Assembly: GCA_963796275.1 (NCBI GenBank)
Contig: CAWCKY010000006.1
Coordinates: forward strand, 1,952,001-2,016,000
DNA length: 64,000 nt
Direction of reading: 5' to 3'
Source of the DNA: an uncultured Acidobacteriota bacterium
GTDB lineage: Bacteria > Acidobacteriota > Blastocatellia > RBC074
Below the pieces are notes generated by a model. The model was not told the DNA's origin and searched no databases. It saw only the letters and a program-made list of their open reading frames with translations. Below are positions 1 to 10,041 of the stretch, in pieces. The position numbers were made by a program, and so were the translations under genes. Numbering within the stretch: the first letter of the stretch is position 1; every line of letters begins with the position of its first letter.

Positions 1-23
1 TAGTCTAAATTCAGGTAATTTAA

Positions 24-509
24 ATGAAACACACTATTTATGTTTTGTTTATGTTGAGTATCGTGTTGACAGGATTATCAATGTCCTGTTCCAGGATAAT
101 CTCACCCAGTAATTTCCTGGAAAGATTCTCTTTCGATGATACGATTAAGGAGTTGAACGGTTCAGGACTCCGACTGTCTATATCCGGCTCAGGTACAACG
201 CAAGCAAGTGCAGGTGACCCAAGCCCACATCGACGAGAGGTTATAAGCGAGTATGAAATAAATGAGACAGTTGGTGAGAGCTTTGACGAGAGGACATTTT
301 TGGATAGGTTAAGTGAAGCGATCCAGCAGCAAGCTAGAAATTCAGGGGCAAAGGTAAATGGAAGCGGCAAAATTGGAGGGGAAACCTTCTATATCAATTA
401 TAAAAATGGATCGCATGTTGGTGGAGTTGACGTGATAGGCATCCGGACAGGGAAGAATAAATACAAAATGTGGTGTGTAATCAGAGAGCTTGCAAGTGAA
501 CCAAAGTGA
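24..509 (+). CDS. Hypothetical lipoprotein-like protein (cassette gene)
   Basis: 161 aa ORF with a hydrophobic N-terminus and Cys (LSMSC), AT-rich, followed by GTTAGGC at 517-523. Confidence 0.65.
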   Translation: MKHTIYVLFMLSIVLTGLSMSCSRIISPSNFLERFSFDDTIKELNGSGLRLSISGSGTTQASAGDPSPHRREVISEYEINETVGESFDERTFLDRLSEAIQQQARNSGAKVNGSGKIGGETFYINYKNGSHVGGVDVIGIRTGKNKYKMWCVIRELASEPK

Positions 510-774
510 GCTCGATGTTAGGCTGTCGGTAGCGAAAGTAACGAGCGACGAAAGAGAAAGACCATTAAAGCGACTCGTTGAGATGAAACAATAGCCGAAG
601 TGTGTGGGTGAGATCGAAAAGAACTACAAAGGAAATGAGTCCCAGTTAGGGACGCGCTTACAGAAATATCTACTGATACCTGGCTTTACCACAAAGTTTT
701 CCTTCTCCGATGCCTTCACGACGGCCGACAGTGACGATCTCACTCAGGTCCTCGTTAGGCAGATTTGATGAAAC

Positions 775-1227
775 ATGAAGCTGGATAATGACAAAATCGA
801 CAACGCAGTTTTGGCGCTCCTTTTATTGGGGGTGCACGATGGCGCACGTGCCTGGAAGGGATTCGACTGGGTCTCAATGAATCGGCTTCATGCGAAGGGC
901 TTCATTTCGGACCCACGTGGAAAGGCGAAATCCATCGTCTTCACGGAAGAGGGGCTTCGGCAAGCTGAGCGTCTGCTTGAAGAGTTGTTTTTTGAGCACG
1001 ACAGCGCTGCCGGTCAACCAAGTGAACGTGAACACGTTTACGCGATTGTTCGGTACGACCGGTTTCAAGAACCGTCAGAGGATTCGTTTACGGTCAAAGA
1101 GATAGTAAGGACGCAAGCTATAGCCGAAGCGGAAGTCAATCGACTTAATGAACTCAGCGCTGACAAGAACTGCACATACTCCTGGCAAGTGACGCGCTTA
1201 TTTACTGAAGGGAAAAGCCGCGGCTAA
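775..1227 (+). CDS. DUF6429-like winged-helix protein fused to a small C-terminal domain
   Basis: RAWKGFDW...L..KGFISDPRGKAKS.VFTEEG motif. Preceded by GTTAGGC at 754-760; stop lies in GGCTAAC 1222-1228. Confidence 0.7.
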   Translation: MKLDNDKIDNAVLALLLLGVHDGARAWKGFDWVSMNRLHAKGFISDPRGKAKSIVFTEEGLRQAERLLEELFFEHDSAAGQPSEREHVYAIVRYDRFQEPSEDSFTVKEIVRTQAIAEAEVNRLNELSADKNCTYSWQVTRLFTEGKSRG

Positions 1228-1379
1228 CCGAGGCGTCGAGAATCCTTAATCACCGACTAGATATTGAAGAGAGTGACAGTGGCTATATGAGTCTATCGGA
1301 GGCAGGATCAATTATACTCAAGAAGGTAAATCGAAGCGAAAAGGCGCCAAAATAAGGCGCTTGGTTTTTTTGAAAACAC

Positions 1380-1469
1380 GCCTAACAATTGTTGCACCGG
1401 AGCCGCTGAGCGCGGGGTTTTATTGAGAACCGAGGTCAGACGGCGGCCCGGTGAACACTGCCGTTAGCC
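1380..1469 (+). repeat. attC site (family A, intact)
   Basis: GCCTAAC-AATT-GTTGCACCGGAGCCGC...GCGGCCCGGTGAAC-ACTGCC-GTTAGCC, with two extrahelical bases in the L'' arm. Confidence 0.92.
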
Positions 1470-1486
1470 CGCTTCAGGAGAATGTA

Positions 1487-2046
<560 letters not shown>

Positions 2047-2052
<6 letters not shown>

Positions 2053-2104
2053 CAAATCGGTCCAGCCGACCGCCTCCGGTGGCGGCTGACCTCCACCGTT
2101 AAAC
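2047..2104 (+). repeat. Short attC (58 bp, classic 59-base-element type)
   Basis: GGCTAAC...GTCCAGCCG-ACCG CCTC CGGT-GGCGGCTGAC...GTTAAAC. Confidence 0.85.
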
Positions 2105-2118
2105 GCCAAGGAGACATC

Positions 2119-2559
2119 ATGACGGTCAAGCGTATGGACAACGTCGGCATCGTGGTAGAAGACATCGATGCCGCTATTGAATTCTTCACCGAACTTGGCC
2201 TCGAGCTCGAGGGGCGCGCCCCAATCGAAGGAGATTGGGCAGATGGCGTCACTGGATTGCGCGACATGCGCGTCGAGATTGCCATGATGCGTACGCCGGA
2301 CGGTCACGGCCGGCTCGAGATCTCCCGATTCCTCGCGCCACCTGTGGTCGCCGATCACCGCAGCGCCCCGGTGAACGCTCTCGGTTACCTACGCGTCATG
2401 TTCACCGTGGAGGACATTGACGATACGCTCGCCCGGCTCGGCAAACGCGGCGCGGAGCTCGTCGGCGAAGTGGTCCAGTACGAAGATACGTATCGGCTTT
2501 GCTACATCCGGGGCCCCGAAGGGATTCTCATCGGGCTCGCCCAAGAGCTAGGGCAGTAG
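2119..2559 (+). CDS. VOC/glyoxalase family protein
   Basis: MDNVGIVVEDIDAAIEFF.ELG...YIRGPEGILIGLAQEL, with an AGGAG RBS. Confidence 0.9.
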   Translation: MTVKRMDNVGIVVEDIDAAIEFFTELGLELEGRAPIEGDWADGVTGLRDMRVEIAMMRTPDGHGRLEISRFLAPPVVADHRSAPVNALGYLRVMFTVEDIDDTLARLGKRGAELVGEVVQYEDTYRLCYIRGPEGILIGLAQELGQ

Positions 2560-2657
2560 ACTTCCCGATGAGCACATGTAAAGACGCTCATCGAAATATG
2601 CGAGTCTATTTGAGCCGTTACCACAAATCGCTGCCGCAAAACCGCGATTTGCATCGT

Positions 2658-2749
2658 CTCCAACAGCTCCGCCGCGCATGCGGCGGACTCGCCATGAGCG
2701 GCCTTTATCCGTAGTCGCGTGTGCGAGCCGCCGAAGCACAGCGTTAGAC
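2658..2749 (+). repeat. Degenerate attC
   Basis: CTCCAAC...GGCGGACTCGC...GCGAGCCGCC...GTTAGAC. Confidence 0.55.
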
Positions 2750-2757
2750 TGTCCCTG

Positions 2758-3050
2758 ATGAGTAGAGATGATGATTAAAGTAGCCTCTGCACGGATGAGG
2801 ATATATTGCGAGCAATCGAATCTTGGGCTGAGCTATTGGCCATGATGCGATTTGATGAGGCATTTTCGCAAATCCTTTGCCGCAGCGACGTTGGGTGGAC
2901 TCCAGAGTTAATTCGATAGTGATTTCGATTTACGGCTCGCCTGAACCTCGGCAGGATGGAAAAAGGTTTTCCGCGTGACGTCTATCTTGTGTGAGCAGCC
3001 GCGAAGGGATAGATATTCTACCGTGTAGAGCAGTATGGAGACGATCTGAA
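2758..3050 (+). pseudogene. Decayed hypothetical cassette gene
   Basis: Protein-like segment TDEDILRAIESWAELLA...GWTPELI broken by stops and frameshifts, lying between two attC-like sites. Confidence 0.4.
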
Positions 3051-3085
3051 CAGGCCCCGGTAGTACGTCGACGCTGTCGTATATA

Positions 3086-3126
3086 ACCGAGGCCACACGG
3101 CGGCCTGGTGAACACAGTCGTTAGGC
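3086..3126 (+). repeat. Right half of attC (family A)
   Basis: ACCGAGGCCACACGGCGGCCTGGTGAACACAGTCGTTAGGC; the left arm is missing. Confidence 0.8.
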
Positions 3127-3149
3127 CGCCGCGACTGGCTGTGAGTTCT

Positions 3150-3650
3150 ATGACAATGGATTTGATAAGAAAAAGAGCGCAACTCGCCTTCATGCCTCTT
3201 ACCGAGTGTCCTGATGCCATTCCTCAAGTGGCGCGTTGGTGGTGTGACGAGTGGGGACTACCTAAACGTCATCAATCAATGGAATCTTATTTGAGCGAGC
3301 TAGCGAGCCTAGAACCATGTAAGCTACCCATTCATTTGCTGGCCCTCAGCGAGAGAAACATCGTCGGAGTTGCAACTCTCAAGGACCAGAGCGAGTTTCG
3401 CAAACTGTTCCCTGACTTTCAATATTGGCTGAGCGGCGTATACGTCCCGCTAGCGCTCCGTAGGGGAGGTATAGCAACATCTCTCTGCCTCAAGATGGTC
3501 GAGATCGCAAAAAGTAGAGGGGTCACTAGGCTACATCTTATGACAGAAGTCCTCGACGGAGGGCTCTATGCCAAGATTGGGTGGGACCCCATCGAGCAAG
3601 CTCGTGTAAACGACCTGGACTTATTGGTAATGGCAAGAGACACTTGTTAG
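3150..3650 (+). CDS. GNAT family acetyltransferase
   Basis: WLSGVYV..LRRGGIATSL...LY.KIGW. Start placed after the attC; the ORF-track start lies inside the attC. Confidence 0.88.
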   Translation: MTMDLIRKRAQLAFMPLTECPDAIPQVARWWCDEWGLPKRHQSMESYLSELASLEPCKLPIHLLALSERNIVGVATLKDQSEFRKLFPDFQYWLSGVYVPLALRRGGIATSLCLKMVEIAKSRGVTRLHLMTEVLDGGLYAKIGWDPIEQARVNDLDLLVMARDTC

Positions 3651-3661
3651 CAAGGAATGCA

Positions 3662-3751
3662 GCCTAACACGCGTTCAACCAGAGCCGCTCGAGGGAAGCT
3701 TTGGCTGCCACCAACATCTCAGGCGCGACCCAGTTAACATCGTCATTAGGC
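3662..3751 (+). repeat. attC with mutated core (ATTAGGC instead of GTTAGGC)
   Basis: GCCTAAC at 3662, GTTCAACC...GTTAAC arms, ATTAGGC at 3745. Confidence 0.75.
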
Positions 3752-3976
3752 GTCGATCGACACGTAGAAAGTGAACAAGGTAGCGACCAATCAAGCAATG
3801 AACAACATGCCAGAATCGAAAGATACTTGGTTTAATTGAAAATAGAGAGCTCCGCGAAACCGAGACCATAATTTTGAGCGAAAGAAAATAGCGACGAACG
3901 AACGAAAGACGTAAAAGGATATATCCTTCCGAGCAAGAGCGCTCCGCGAAGCCGAGGCCATATGGATTGAAAATGT

Positions 3977-4066
3977 GCCTAACAATCGTTGCGGCGGAGC
4001 GCGCGAGCCGGGTTCTCGCTTTCCATCGAAGGGACGTCGTGCGCCGGGTGAACACGGTCGTTAGGT
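3977..4066 (+). repeat. attC site (family B)
   Basis: GCCTAAC-AATC-GTTGCGGCGGAGCGCGCGA...TCGTGCGCCGGGTGAAC...GTTAGGT. Confidence 0.85.
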
Positions 4067-4145
4067 CCCCGTAACGAGTTAGCGAAGGCGTCGAGTTACG
4101 GCCACGTGTGTAATCGGGTTAATTGAAGGGAACAGGGTTGAAATA

Positions 4146-4544
4146 ATGAACAACTTCTTTGCAAGGAGCGTGTTCTTCGTGAAAGACGCTGAGGGCTCCT
4201 TAAGGTACTACACGGAAACGCTCGGATTCTCACTGGAGTGGAACTATCAAGAACAAGGCAGGGCTTTTGTATTTGAAGTGAGCCTGCTTGGGTTTCAACT
4301 GATCCTGAATCAGACTGAGCCTGGGACGGAGGATCGGGCGGGTCACGGCCGCTTGTTCATTGGCCTCGATGAAGACCAGGTAAATGCATTTCGCAAACAC
4401 ATCGAGGAAAAGGGCATCAAGATAACCGTCATCCAGTGGGGGGCTCCAACACTTGTAATACGCGACCTGGATGAGAACGAATTGTTCTTTGGATTGCCGG
4501 AGAGCGAACGAGAGAGCCTGCAAGCGCAACTCGCAGACGCCTAA
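4146..4544 (+). CDS. VOC/glyoxalase family protein
   Basis: FFVKDAEGSLRYYTETLGF...WGAPTLVIRDLDENEL; stop lies inside R''. Confidence 0.88.
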   Translation: MNNFFARSVFFVKDAEGSLRYYTETLGFSLEWNYQEQGRAFVFEVSLLGFQLILNQTEPGTEDRAGHGRLFIGLDEDQVNAFRKHIEEKGIKITVIQWGAPTLVIRDLDENELFFGLPESERESLQAQLADA

Positions 4545-4628
4545 CAATTGTTGCACCGGAGCGCGCGAAGATGGTTTGACGATCTTCGGCCGAGGCGCAT
4601 CAAGCGCCCGGTGTACATGGCGTTAGGC
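4539..4628 (+). repeat. attC site (family B, intact)
   Basis: GCCTAAC...GTTGCACCGGAGCGC...GCGCCCGGTGTAC...GTTAGGC. Confidence 0.92.
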
Positions 4629-4712
4629 GCTCTGAATGAAGGGGCGCGTTTGCTGAAAGATAGTTAGGCGACAGGGCTGCAACTCTACTTTTTTATTGGG
4701 GCCAACGCCATT

Positions 4713-4741
4713 TTGCCGAAGGGGCTCTGTGCTTCTAAAAT
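4713..4741 (+). promoter_or_regulatory. Candidate sigma70 promoter inside a cassette
   Basis: TTGCCG-17 bp-TAAAAT upstream of the GGAGG RBS and ORF 4811. Confidence 0.4.
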
Positions 4742-4810
4742 TATGAACTTACAAACCTTAGAATTCGTAGGTCAACAGGATTAAGTCAATCAATAACAAG
4801 GAGGAGCGTT

Positions 4811-5368
4811 ATGTTCTGTCCGACTTGTGGTAGAGAAGACTCCCAGGGGCGGAGATTCTGCCCAACGTGCGGGGCTAACCTGGAGAGAGTGACAAGGGCG
4901 TTGTCGCCGGGAGGTGACAGTCTACTCGCAAGAGCTGACAAGGCCTTTGACAGGTTGGTTGCGCGCTACGCCGGACTTTTCTTCGGCGGGGCTCGGGACA
5001 GAGCCCTGGACTGGCGAGTGAGTCATTCGTGGACGCTTTGGGCGCAGGCTTTTTTGGCGTTGCCCGCCAACTTTATTCTATTCTGGATCGTTCTCTTCGG
5101 CATTCTCCCACTCAGGCTGTTTACCTTGTTGCTTAGCAGCCCTTTCCGCTTGCTGTCTGAACGCAGCGCCCAACAAGACGCCGCGCCGTTGCAAGATCAC
5201 GTGGATGGATACGGGCTTTTACTGGGAGCGGCTGCGAAAGAGGAAAATAAGCGAGCGCAGTTGCAAGCGCCGCACCCCGGACAATGGTCGCTGAGTTCCG
5301 GTCCCAGCGCAGTCGAGCACACCACAAAGAATTTGCAGGATACGGCTGCGACAGAGCGTAAAAGCTGA
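4811..5368 (+). CDS. Zinc-ribbon domain membrane protein
   Basis: MFCPTCG...RFCPTCG, central hydrophobic segment, strong RBS. Confidence 0.8.
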   Translation: MFCPTCGREDSQGRRFCPTCGANLERVTRALSPGGDSLLARADKAFDRLVARYAGLFFGGARDRALDWRVSHSWTLWAQAFLALPANFILFWIVLFGILPLRLFTLLLSSPFRLLSERSAQQDAAPLQDHVDGYGLLLGAAAKEENKRAQLQAPHPGQWSLSSGPSAVEHTTKNLQDTAATERKS

Positions 5369-5582
5369 GGAGATGAGTTATCTCGGCCGTTGATTGAAAC
5401 CGCATATAGTCTAGGCGCTCGGTTGCGCGAGAGAATGCTTCAACTTCTGCCGATGAACGAACGAGAGCGGCTACAAAGTCTGGACAGATAGGGCCGAAAC
5501 AATTACACATTTCGTGTCCTTGCGGTGACACCGTATAGGTAAGAAGCCAGATGCGCCGCCGCGCTGCCGCAAGGACTACGCT

Positions 5583-5969
5583 TTGTCGACAGGAGCAGTT
5601 CATTTGTTACGAACCATAGACGGTAGCCATACCCCCGAAAAGCCGATTGCAGAGCATTTGATACCACATTGTGGACATTTCATGTACATCAACGAAATCA
5701 GCGGACGCCTCGAGGCCATCGGATGCCCCAGCGGGCTAAATTGGTGGGTACGTTATGATAAGGAGGAAGTAAAACTTGAATTCTCTCCCGAGCAGAAAGT
5801 GGTAGTACCAATCGAAGTGTGGTGCCAAGCAGTGATAAAGTTCTCGGATGATATAGCATCTTTCTATTTTCAAGATTGGCCAAAGACACTGACCGATGAT
5901 TTTGATCAGGAATGGTTATCATTATTTATTGAAGAGTGGCGGCGCCGTCGCACGCAATGCGGAGCCTAA
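5583..5969 (+). CDS. Hypothetical protein, probably 5'-truncated
   Basis: 128 aa protein-like ORF ending inside GCCTAAC (5964-5970); weak TTG start and an in-frame stop at 5526. Confidence 0.55.
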   Translation: MSTGAVHLLRTIDGSHTPEKPIAEHLIPHCGHFMYINEISGRLEAIGCPSGLNWWVRYDKEEVKLEFSPEQKVVVPIEVWCQAVIKFSDDIASFYFQDWPKTLTDDFDQEWLSLFIEEWRRRRTQCGA

Positions 5970-6166
5970 CAAACATTGCACGAAACACTCAAATGCCGGT
6001 GACTTCCAGATGCAAGAAAACCGACGGTTCAATAGCGACAAGAACTATTTGAGCTTTCGGCAACGAGCAAGATAGCGCGCTTTGACAAAGAATCAATATA
6101 TGACGGAGCGTGCAGGTCGGACGGCGGGCCAAAGGATAGGAAATAAACCCCAGCTCCGATCGAACA

Positions 6167-6255
6167 CCTCTATTAAATGTTGCACCGGAGCTGCTGGCCA
6201 GGGTTTTATTGAAATCCGAGGTCACACGGCAGCCCGGTGAACACAGCCGTTAGGC
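6167..6255 (+). repeat. attC (family A) with eroded R''
   Basis: GTTGCACCGGAGCTGC...GCAGCCCGGTGAAC...GTTAGGC; the TAAC box is lost. Confidence 0.85.
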
Positions 6256-6285
6256 GCACTTCCTACCTGAGTTGAGGATAAACTT

Positions 6286-6601
6286 ATGGAATCAGCAATC
6301 CAAAAACTCGCTATTATCTGCTTCTTTTGTCATCGGTATGTCACACATCATTCAACCGCGCTTCTGGGCACAATTCTTCGTCGACATACGCAGCAAGGGT
6401 GAGATAGGTGGCTTTATCAACGCGTTCATACATTTCCCGCTAGGTGCTCTGGTCATTGCCTTCCACAATGTCTGGCAAGGTGTCCCGGTGGTGGATAGAG
6501 TGAGTAATTTTATGGAGGGAGTTGCCAGAGTAGAATTCAAAGACGAAAAAGTCGGCTACCTTGATAAATTGGGCAGGTATATTTGGGAGCCCACAAAATA
6601 G
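6286..6601 (+). pseudogene. Chimeric, frameshifted gene: membrane protein N-terminus joined to a WG-repeat C-terminus
   Basis: MESAIQKLAIICF/VIGMSHIIQP...FHNVWQG followed abruptly by FMEGVARVE...GYLDKLGRYIWEP. Confidence 0.6.
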
Positions 6602-6625
6602 TTGGTAAAAATTGCTCGAAAATGC

Positions 6626-6713
6626 GCCTGACAAACGTTGCACCGGAGCCGCCGAACCGGGGTTTTCTTGGAAGCCGAGGCCGCACGGCGCCCGGGGAAC
6701 TCTGGCGTTAGGC
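6626..6713 (+). repeat. attC site (family A)
   Basis: GCCTGAC...GTTGCACCGGAGCCGCC...GGCGCCCGGGGAAC...GTTAGGC. Confidence 0.88.
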
Positions 6714-6720
6714 GCATTCA

Positions 6721-7332
6721 ATGATTCCGCACCTGACAAATATGAATATGAGAGACCAAGAATACTTAAACCAGCCAGCGGTCTTAAAACAAATTTTGCA
6801 GGAGTCTGAGGCGTTAAATTTCCAAATGGCATCTGATCTACTGACCGGATCTTTTTTGCGTACTCTTGCAGCCAGCAAAGCTGGCGGTAAGCTCCTTGAA
6901 ATTGGCACCGGCACAGGTATCGCCACCTCATGGCTCCTCGATGGCATGGATCAGGAGTCGCAGTTAATCACTATTGACCAAAATGCGGATACTGTCTCTA
7001 TAGCGAAAAGGTACTTGGGACATGACAATCGAGTCTCCTTTTACACAGAAGATGCAGGCCCATGGCTGGAGAGATTCTCTGATCACTCATACGATCTGAT
7101 TTTCGCAGATGCATGGCCGGGGAAGTATAGTCACTTGGACGCAGCGTTGCGGTTGCTCAAGGTAGGCGGGTTGTACGTGATCGATGACATGCTACCGCAG
7201 CCAAATTGGCCTGAAGGGCATTGTGATCAAGTCGACCGACTTATTGCGATGTTGGAGAAGAGAAGCGATTTATTACTTACGAAGATGGTCTGGTCAACGG
7301 GGTTAATTGTTGCAGTCAAGGTTGGGGTATAG
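6721..7332 (+). CDS. SAM-dependent O-methyltransferase
   Basis: LLEIGTGTG, DLIFADAWPGKY, LLKVGGLYVIDD. The start may be 6742 or 6748. Confidence 0.9.
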   Translation: MIPHLTNMNMRDQEYLNQPAVLKQILQESEALNFQMASDLLTGSFLRTLAASKAGGKLLEIGTGTGIATSWLLDGMDQESQLITIDQNADTVSIAKRYLGHDNRVSFYTEDAGPWLERFSDHSYDLIFADAWPGKYSHLDAALRLLKVGGLYVIDDMLPQPNWPEGHCDQVDRLIAMLEKRSDLLLTKMVWSTGLIVAVKVGV

Positions 7333-7392
7333 AGGAACGGGAACGCCCAACATGCGATCATCCGGACCCGTAATTATGTAGCGCTAAGCCTT

Positions 7393-7479
7393 GCCTAACA
7401 AATGTTGCACCGGAGCCGCCGAACCGGTGTTCTTGTAAGTCCAGGCAACGCGGCGGCCCGGTGAACTCATCCGTTATTC
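7393..7479 (+). repeat. attC site (family A)
   Basis: GCCTAAC...GTTGCACCGGAGCCGCC...GGCGGCCCGGTGAAC...GTTATTC. Confidence 0.88.
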
Positions 7480-7514
7480 GGCTAGAGGGGGAGCCGGGAG
7501 TATAGGACGCTGAG

Positions 7515-8456
7515 ATGACGATTCCAAGCATACTTGCAGCCACCTGGAACGACGGGGTGTTCGTCTTCACCGGCGAAACGCGACACCAGGAACTTGCCGG
7601 CAAAGTGGTGAGAGCCCTTGCTCCAGATCAGAATGGAGGCGCTCTCGCCATCGTCGATGGACACTCGCTTTGCCGTCGTACCGGCGAGGGCGTGTGGAGT
7701 ACGATCGCCACCAGTCAAGTGGACCTCGCATGCCTGGTGGTAGTCGGCCATGTGATCTATCTCGGGACGGACGATGCGCGTGTCCTCCGTGTCAGCGAAA
7801 ATGGCGAGATTGAACCTCTAGGCGGCTTCGAGGCTATTCCGGGACGAGACAAATGGTACGCAGGTTCGGCGCTGATAAACGGTCAACTCGTTGGACCACC
7901 GCTTGGGGTTCGTTCGATGACCGCAACCTCAGACGATGCTGTGCTCTTAGCCAATGTCCATGTCGGAGGCATTCCGCGCTCCACTGATGACGGTATGACC
8001 TGGCAAGCCACCATTGACATCGACAGTGACGTTCACGAAGTTTGCGCTCACCCGGTTCATCCCGGCATTGTGATCGCGGCGGCTGCGATTGGGCTCTGTA
8101 TCAGCCGGGACGGCGGCGCTACTTGGACCGTTGAACAGCAGGGCTTGCATGCATCATATTGCTCTGCGGTAGCCTTTTCGGAAAACGATATTCTCGTGGC
8201 TGCATCTACAGACCACTTCGCTAGCCAGGGAGCCGTCTACCGACGGCCGATAGACGGGAAATATCCGCTGGAACCAATCGGTGGTCTCCCCAAATGGCTC
8301 GAAGGCATCGCCGATACGGGCTGCATCGCGACACGCGGATCGGCGCTTGCGGTCGCCGACAAGGCCGGCAACCTGTACGTATCAGCAGACGCCGGGGACT
8401 CTTGGCTGCGTCGCGACAGCGGCCTTCCAACGATGAGCAGCGTTCTCCTTTTTTGA
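7515..8456 (+). CDS. BNR/Asp-box beta-propeller protein
   Basis: Repeated S.D.G.TW boxes (STDDGMTW, SRDGGATW, SADAGDSW). Confidence 0.85.
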   Translation: MTIPSILAATWNDGVFVFTGETRHQELAGKVVRALAPDQNGGALAIVDGHSLCRRTGEGVWSTIATSQVDLACLVVVGHVIYLGTDDARVLRVSENGEIEPLGGFEAIPGRDKWYAGSALINGQLVGPPLGVRSMTATSDDAVLLANVHVGGIPRSTDDGMTWQATIDIDSDVHEVCAHPVHPGIVIAAAAIGLCISRDGGATWTVEQQGLHASYCSAVAFSENDILVAASTDHFASQGAVYRRPIDGKYPLEPIGGLPKWLEGIADTGCIATRGSALAVADKAGNLYVSADAGDSWLRRDSGLPTMSSVLLF

Positions 8457-8499
8457 TGGCTCATCGACGACGGCAATCAGAAGCTCGTGGCCTTAAGCC

Positions 8500-8586
8500 G
8501 CCTGACAAATGTTGCACTGGAGCTGCCGAATCTGGTTTTATTGGAAGCCGAGACACACGGCGGCCCGGTGAACGTGGCCGTTGGGC
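8500..8586 (+). repeat. attC site (family A)
   Basis: GCCTGAC...GTTGCACTGGAGCTGCC...GGCGGCCCGGTGAAC...GTTGGGC. Confidence 0.88.
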
Positions 8587-8611
8587 AGATTCCTGAAACA
8601 CCGCAATATCT

Positions 8612-9352
8612 ATGATTATTCACCTAGGATGTGTTCAAGAACTCGTGCGGTATCCTGTCAAATCTATGGCTGGTATCGCAATGGGCTCTGCCTTTCTTGG
8701 CTGGCACGGTTTGCAGGGGGATCGGCGCTTTGCATTTCGCCGCCTCAACGACAATAGTGGCTTTCCTTGGCTTTCTGCAAGTCGGCTTCCTGAACTTCTT
8801 TTGTACGAGCCGCTGGGTCTTGATGAGAATGCGGAAGAGCCTTTGCCTACACATGTCCGTACACCGGATGGGACGAACCTCGCGCTCGGAAGCGCGGAGT
8901 TGCAACACCTTATCGCAGGAAAGTTCGGAAGTGCGGTCGAATTGATGAAACTCAAGCATGGAATTTTTGATGAAGCGAGCGTGTCGGTGATCAATTTATC
9001 GACAATTTCTGCAATTGGCCGGGAAGCAGGACAGAGCTTGGATACCAGGCGATTCCGGGCAAATATTATAATTGCGACAGATACGACAGAACCATTTCTG
9101 GAGGATGGATGGATAGGCGGCAGGTTGGTGTTTGGCAACAACGAAGTGGGGCCAATGATTAGTATGACGATGTGCGATCCGCGATGTATGATGATTAACC
9201 TGGACCCGGATACGGCTCAACAAGACCCACGCGTATTGAAGGCGGTCGTGCGTCTGAACAAGAATAATGCGGGAGCTTATGGAACGGTTGCGCGCACAGG
9301 CCAGATCAGCGTGGGTCAGTTAGTAAGTTTGATTATTGAAACACAAACCTGA
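8612..9352 (+). CDS. MOSC domain protein
   Basis: RYPVKSM, GDRRFA, RRFRANII, RC.MI..DP. Confidence 0.92.
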   Translation: MIIHLGCVQELVRYPVKSMAGIAMGSAFLGWHGLQGDRRFAFRRLNDNSGFPWLSASRLPELLLYEPLGLDENAEEPLPTHVRTPDGTNLALGSAELQHLIAGKFGSAVELMKLKHGIFDEASVSVINLSTISAIGREAGQSLDTRRFRANIIIATDTTEPFLEDGWIGGRLVFGNNEVGPMISMTMCDPRCMMINLDPDTAQQDPRVLKAVVRLNKNNAGAYGTVARTGQISVGQLVSLIIETQT

Positions 9353-9374
9353 ATCCCGTGAGCCTACCGATACT

Positions 9375-9464
9375 GCCCAACATCTGTTACAGCGAAGTGC
9401 GCGAAGCTGGTTTGTTGCGTGTCACCGAGGGGCGTCGCGCGCCCCGTGAACATAGTCGTTAGAC
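9375..9464 (+). repeat. attC site (family B)
   Basis: GCCCAAC...GTGCGCGA...TCGCGCGCCCCGTGAAC...GTTAGAC. Confidence 0.82.
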
Positions 9465-9542
9465 CGCTTTGTCAGCACACCAGAGATAGTATTATTGGAA
9501 TTCAAATGTTTTGCTACCGAAACTAAGAATTGAGGTTCCTGA

Positions 9543-9950
9543 ATGAGCGTAGAAGAAAACAAGAATCTGGCACACCAACTCATTGACCGTTTCACCGCTA
9601 ACGATATTGCAGGCGCATTAGACCTGATGGCCGACGATGCCACTTGGTGGATCGCTGGCAAACCCGACCAGCTACCGGCAGCGGGCGTATACAATAAAGA
9701 TCAGATTGCCCGGCTCTTGTACAATATGGTCGGCCAGTTACCGAACGGGCTGAAGATGACAGTGAAAAATCTTGTCGCTGAGAATGACAAGGTAGCTATG
9801 GAAGCTGAGAGTTATGGCGAGCTTCGAAATGGGCGAGTTTACAACCAACAATATCACTTTTTGTTAACGGTTCGGGAAGGAAGGATAACCGCGATCAAGG
9901 AGTACCTCGACACGCAGCATGTCTACGCGACATGGTTCCAGACGATGTAG
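9543..9950 (+). CDS. SnoaL/NTF2-like protein
   Basis: MSVEENK...ADDATWW...YNQQYHF...EYLDT. Confidence 0.9.
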   Translation: MSVEENKNLAHQLIDRFTANDIAGALDLMADDATWWIAGKPDQLPAAGVYNKDQIARLLYNMVGQLPNGLKMTVKNLVAENDKVAMEAESYGELRNGRVYNQQYHFLLTVREGRITAIKEYLDTQHVYATWFQTM

Positions 9951-9955
9951 GCAGG

Positions 9956-10028
9956 ACCGGAGCCGCCGATCCGGGGTTTTATTTTGAAATCCGAGGCTAT
10001 ACGGCAGCTCTGTGAACTCTGAATAGGC
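9956..10028 (+). repeat. Degenerate attC (both cores lost)
   Basis: ACCGGAGCCGCCGA...TTTTATTTTGAAATCCGAGG...GTGAACTCTGAATAGGC. Confidence 0.75.
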
Positions 10029-10041
10029 GTATTCACGACCT

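Noticed and set aside
3675-4055. 126-aa minus-strand ORF
   Set aside because: It spans two attC sites, has low-complexity composition and no motif; likely spurious.
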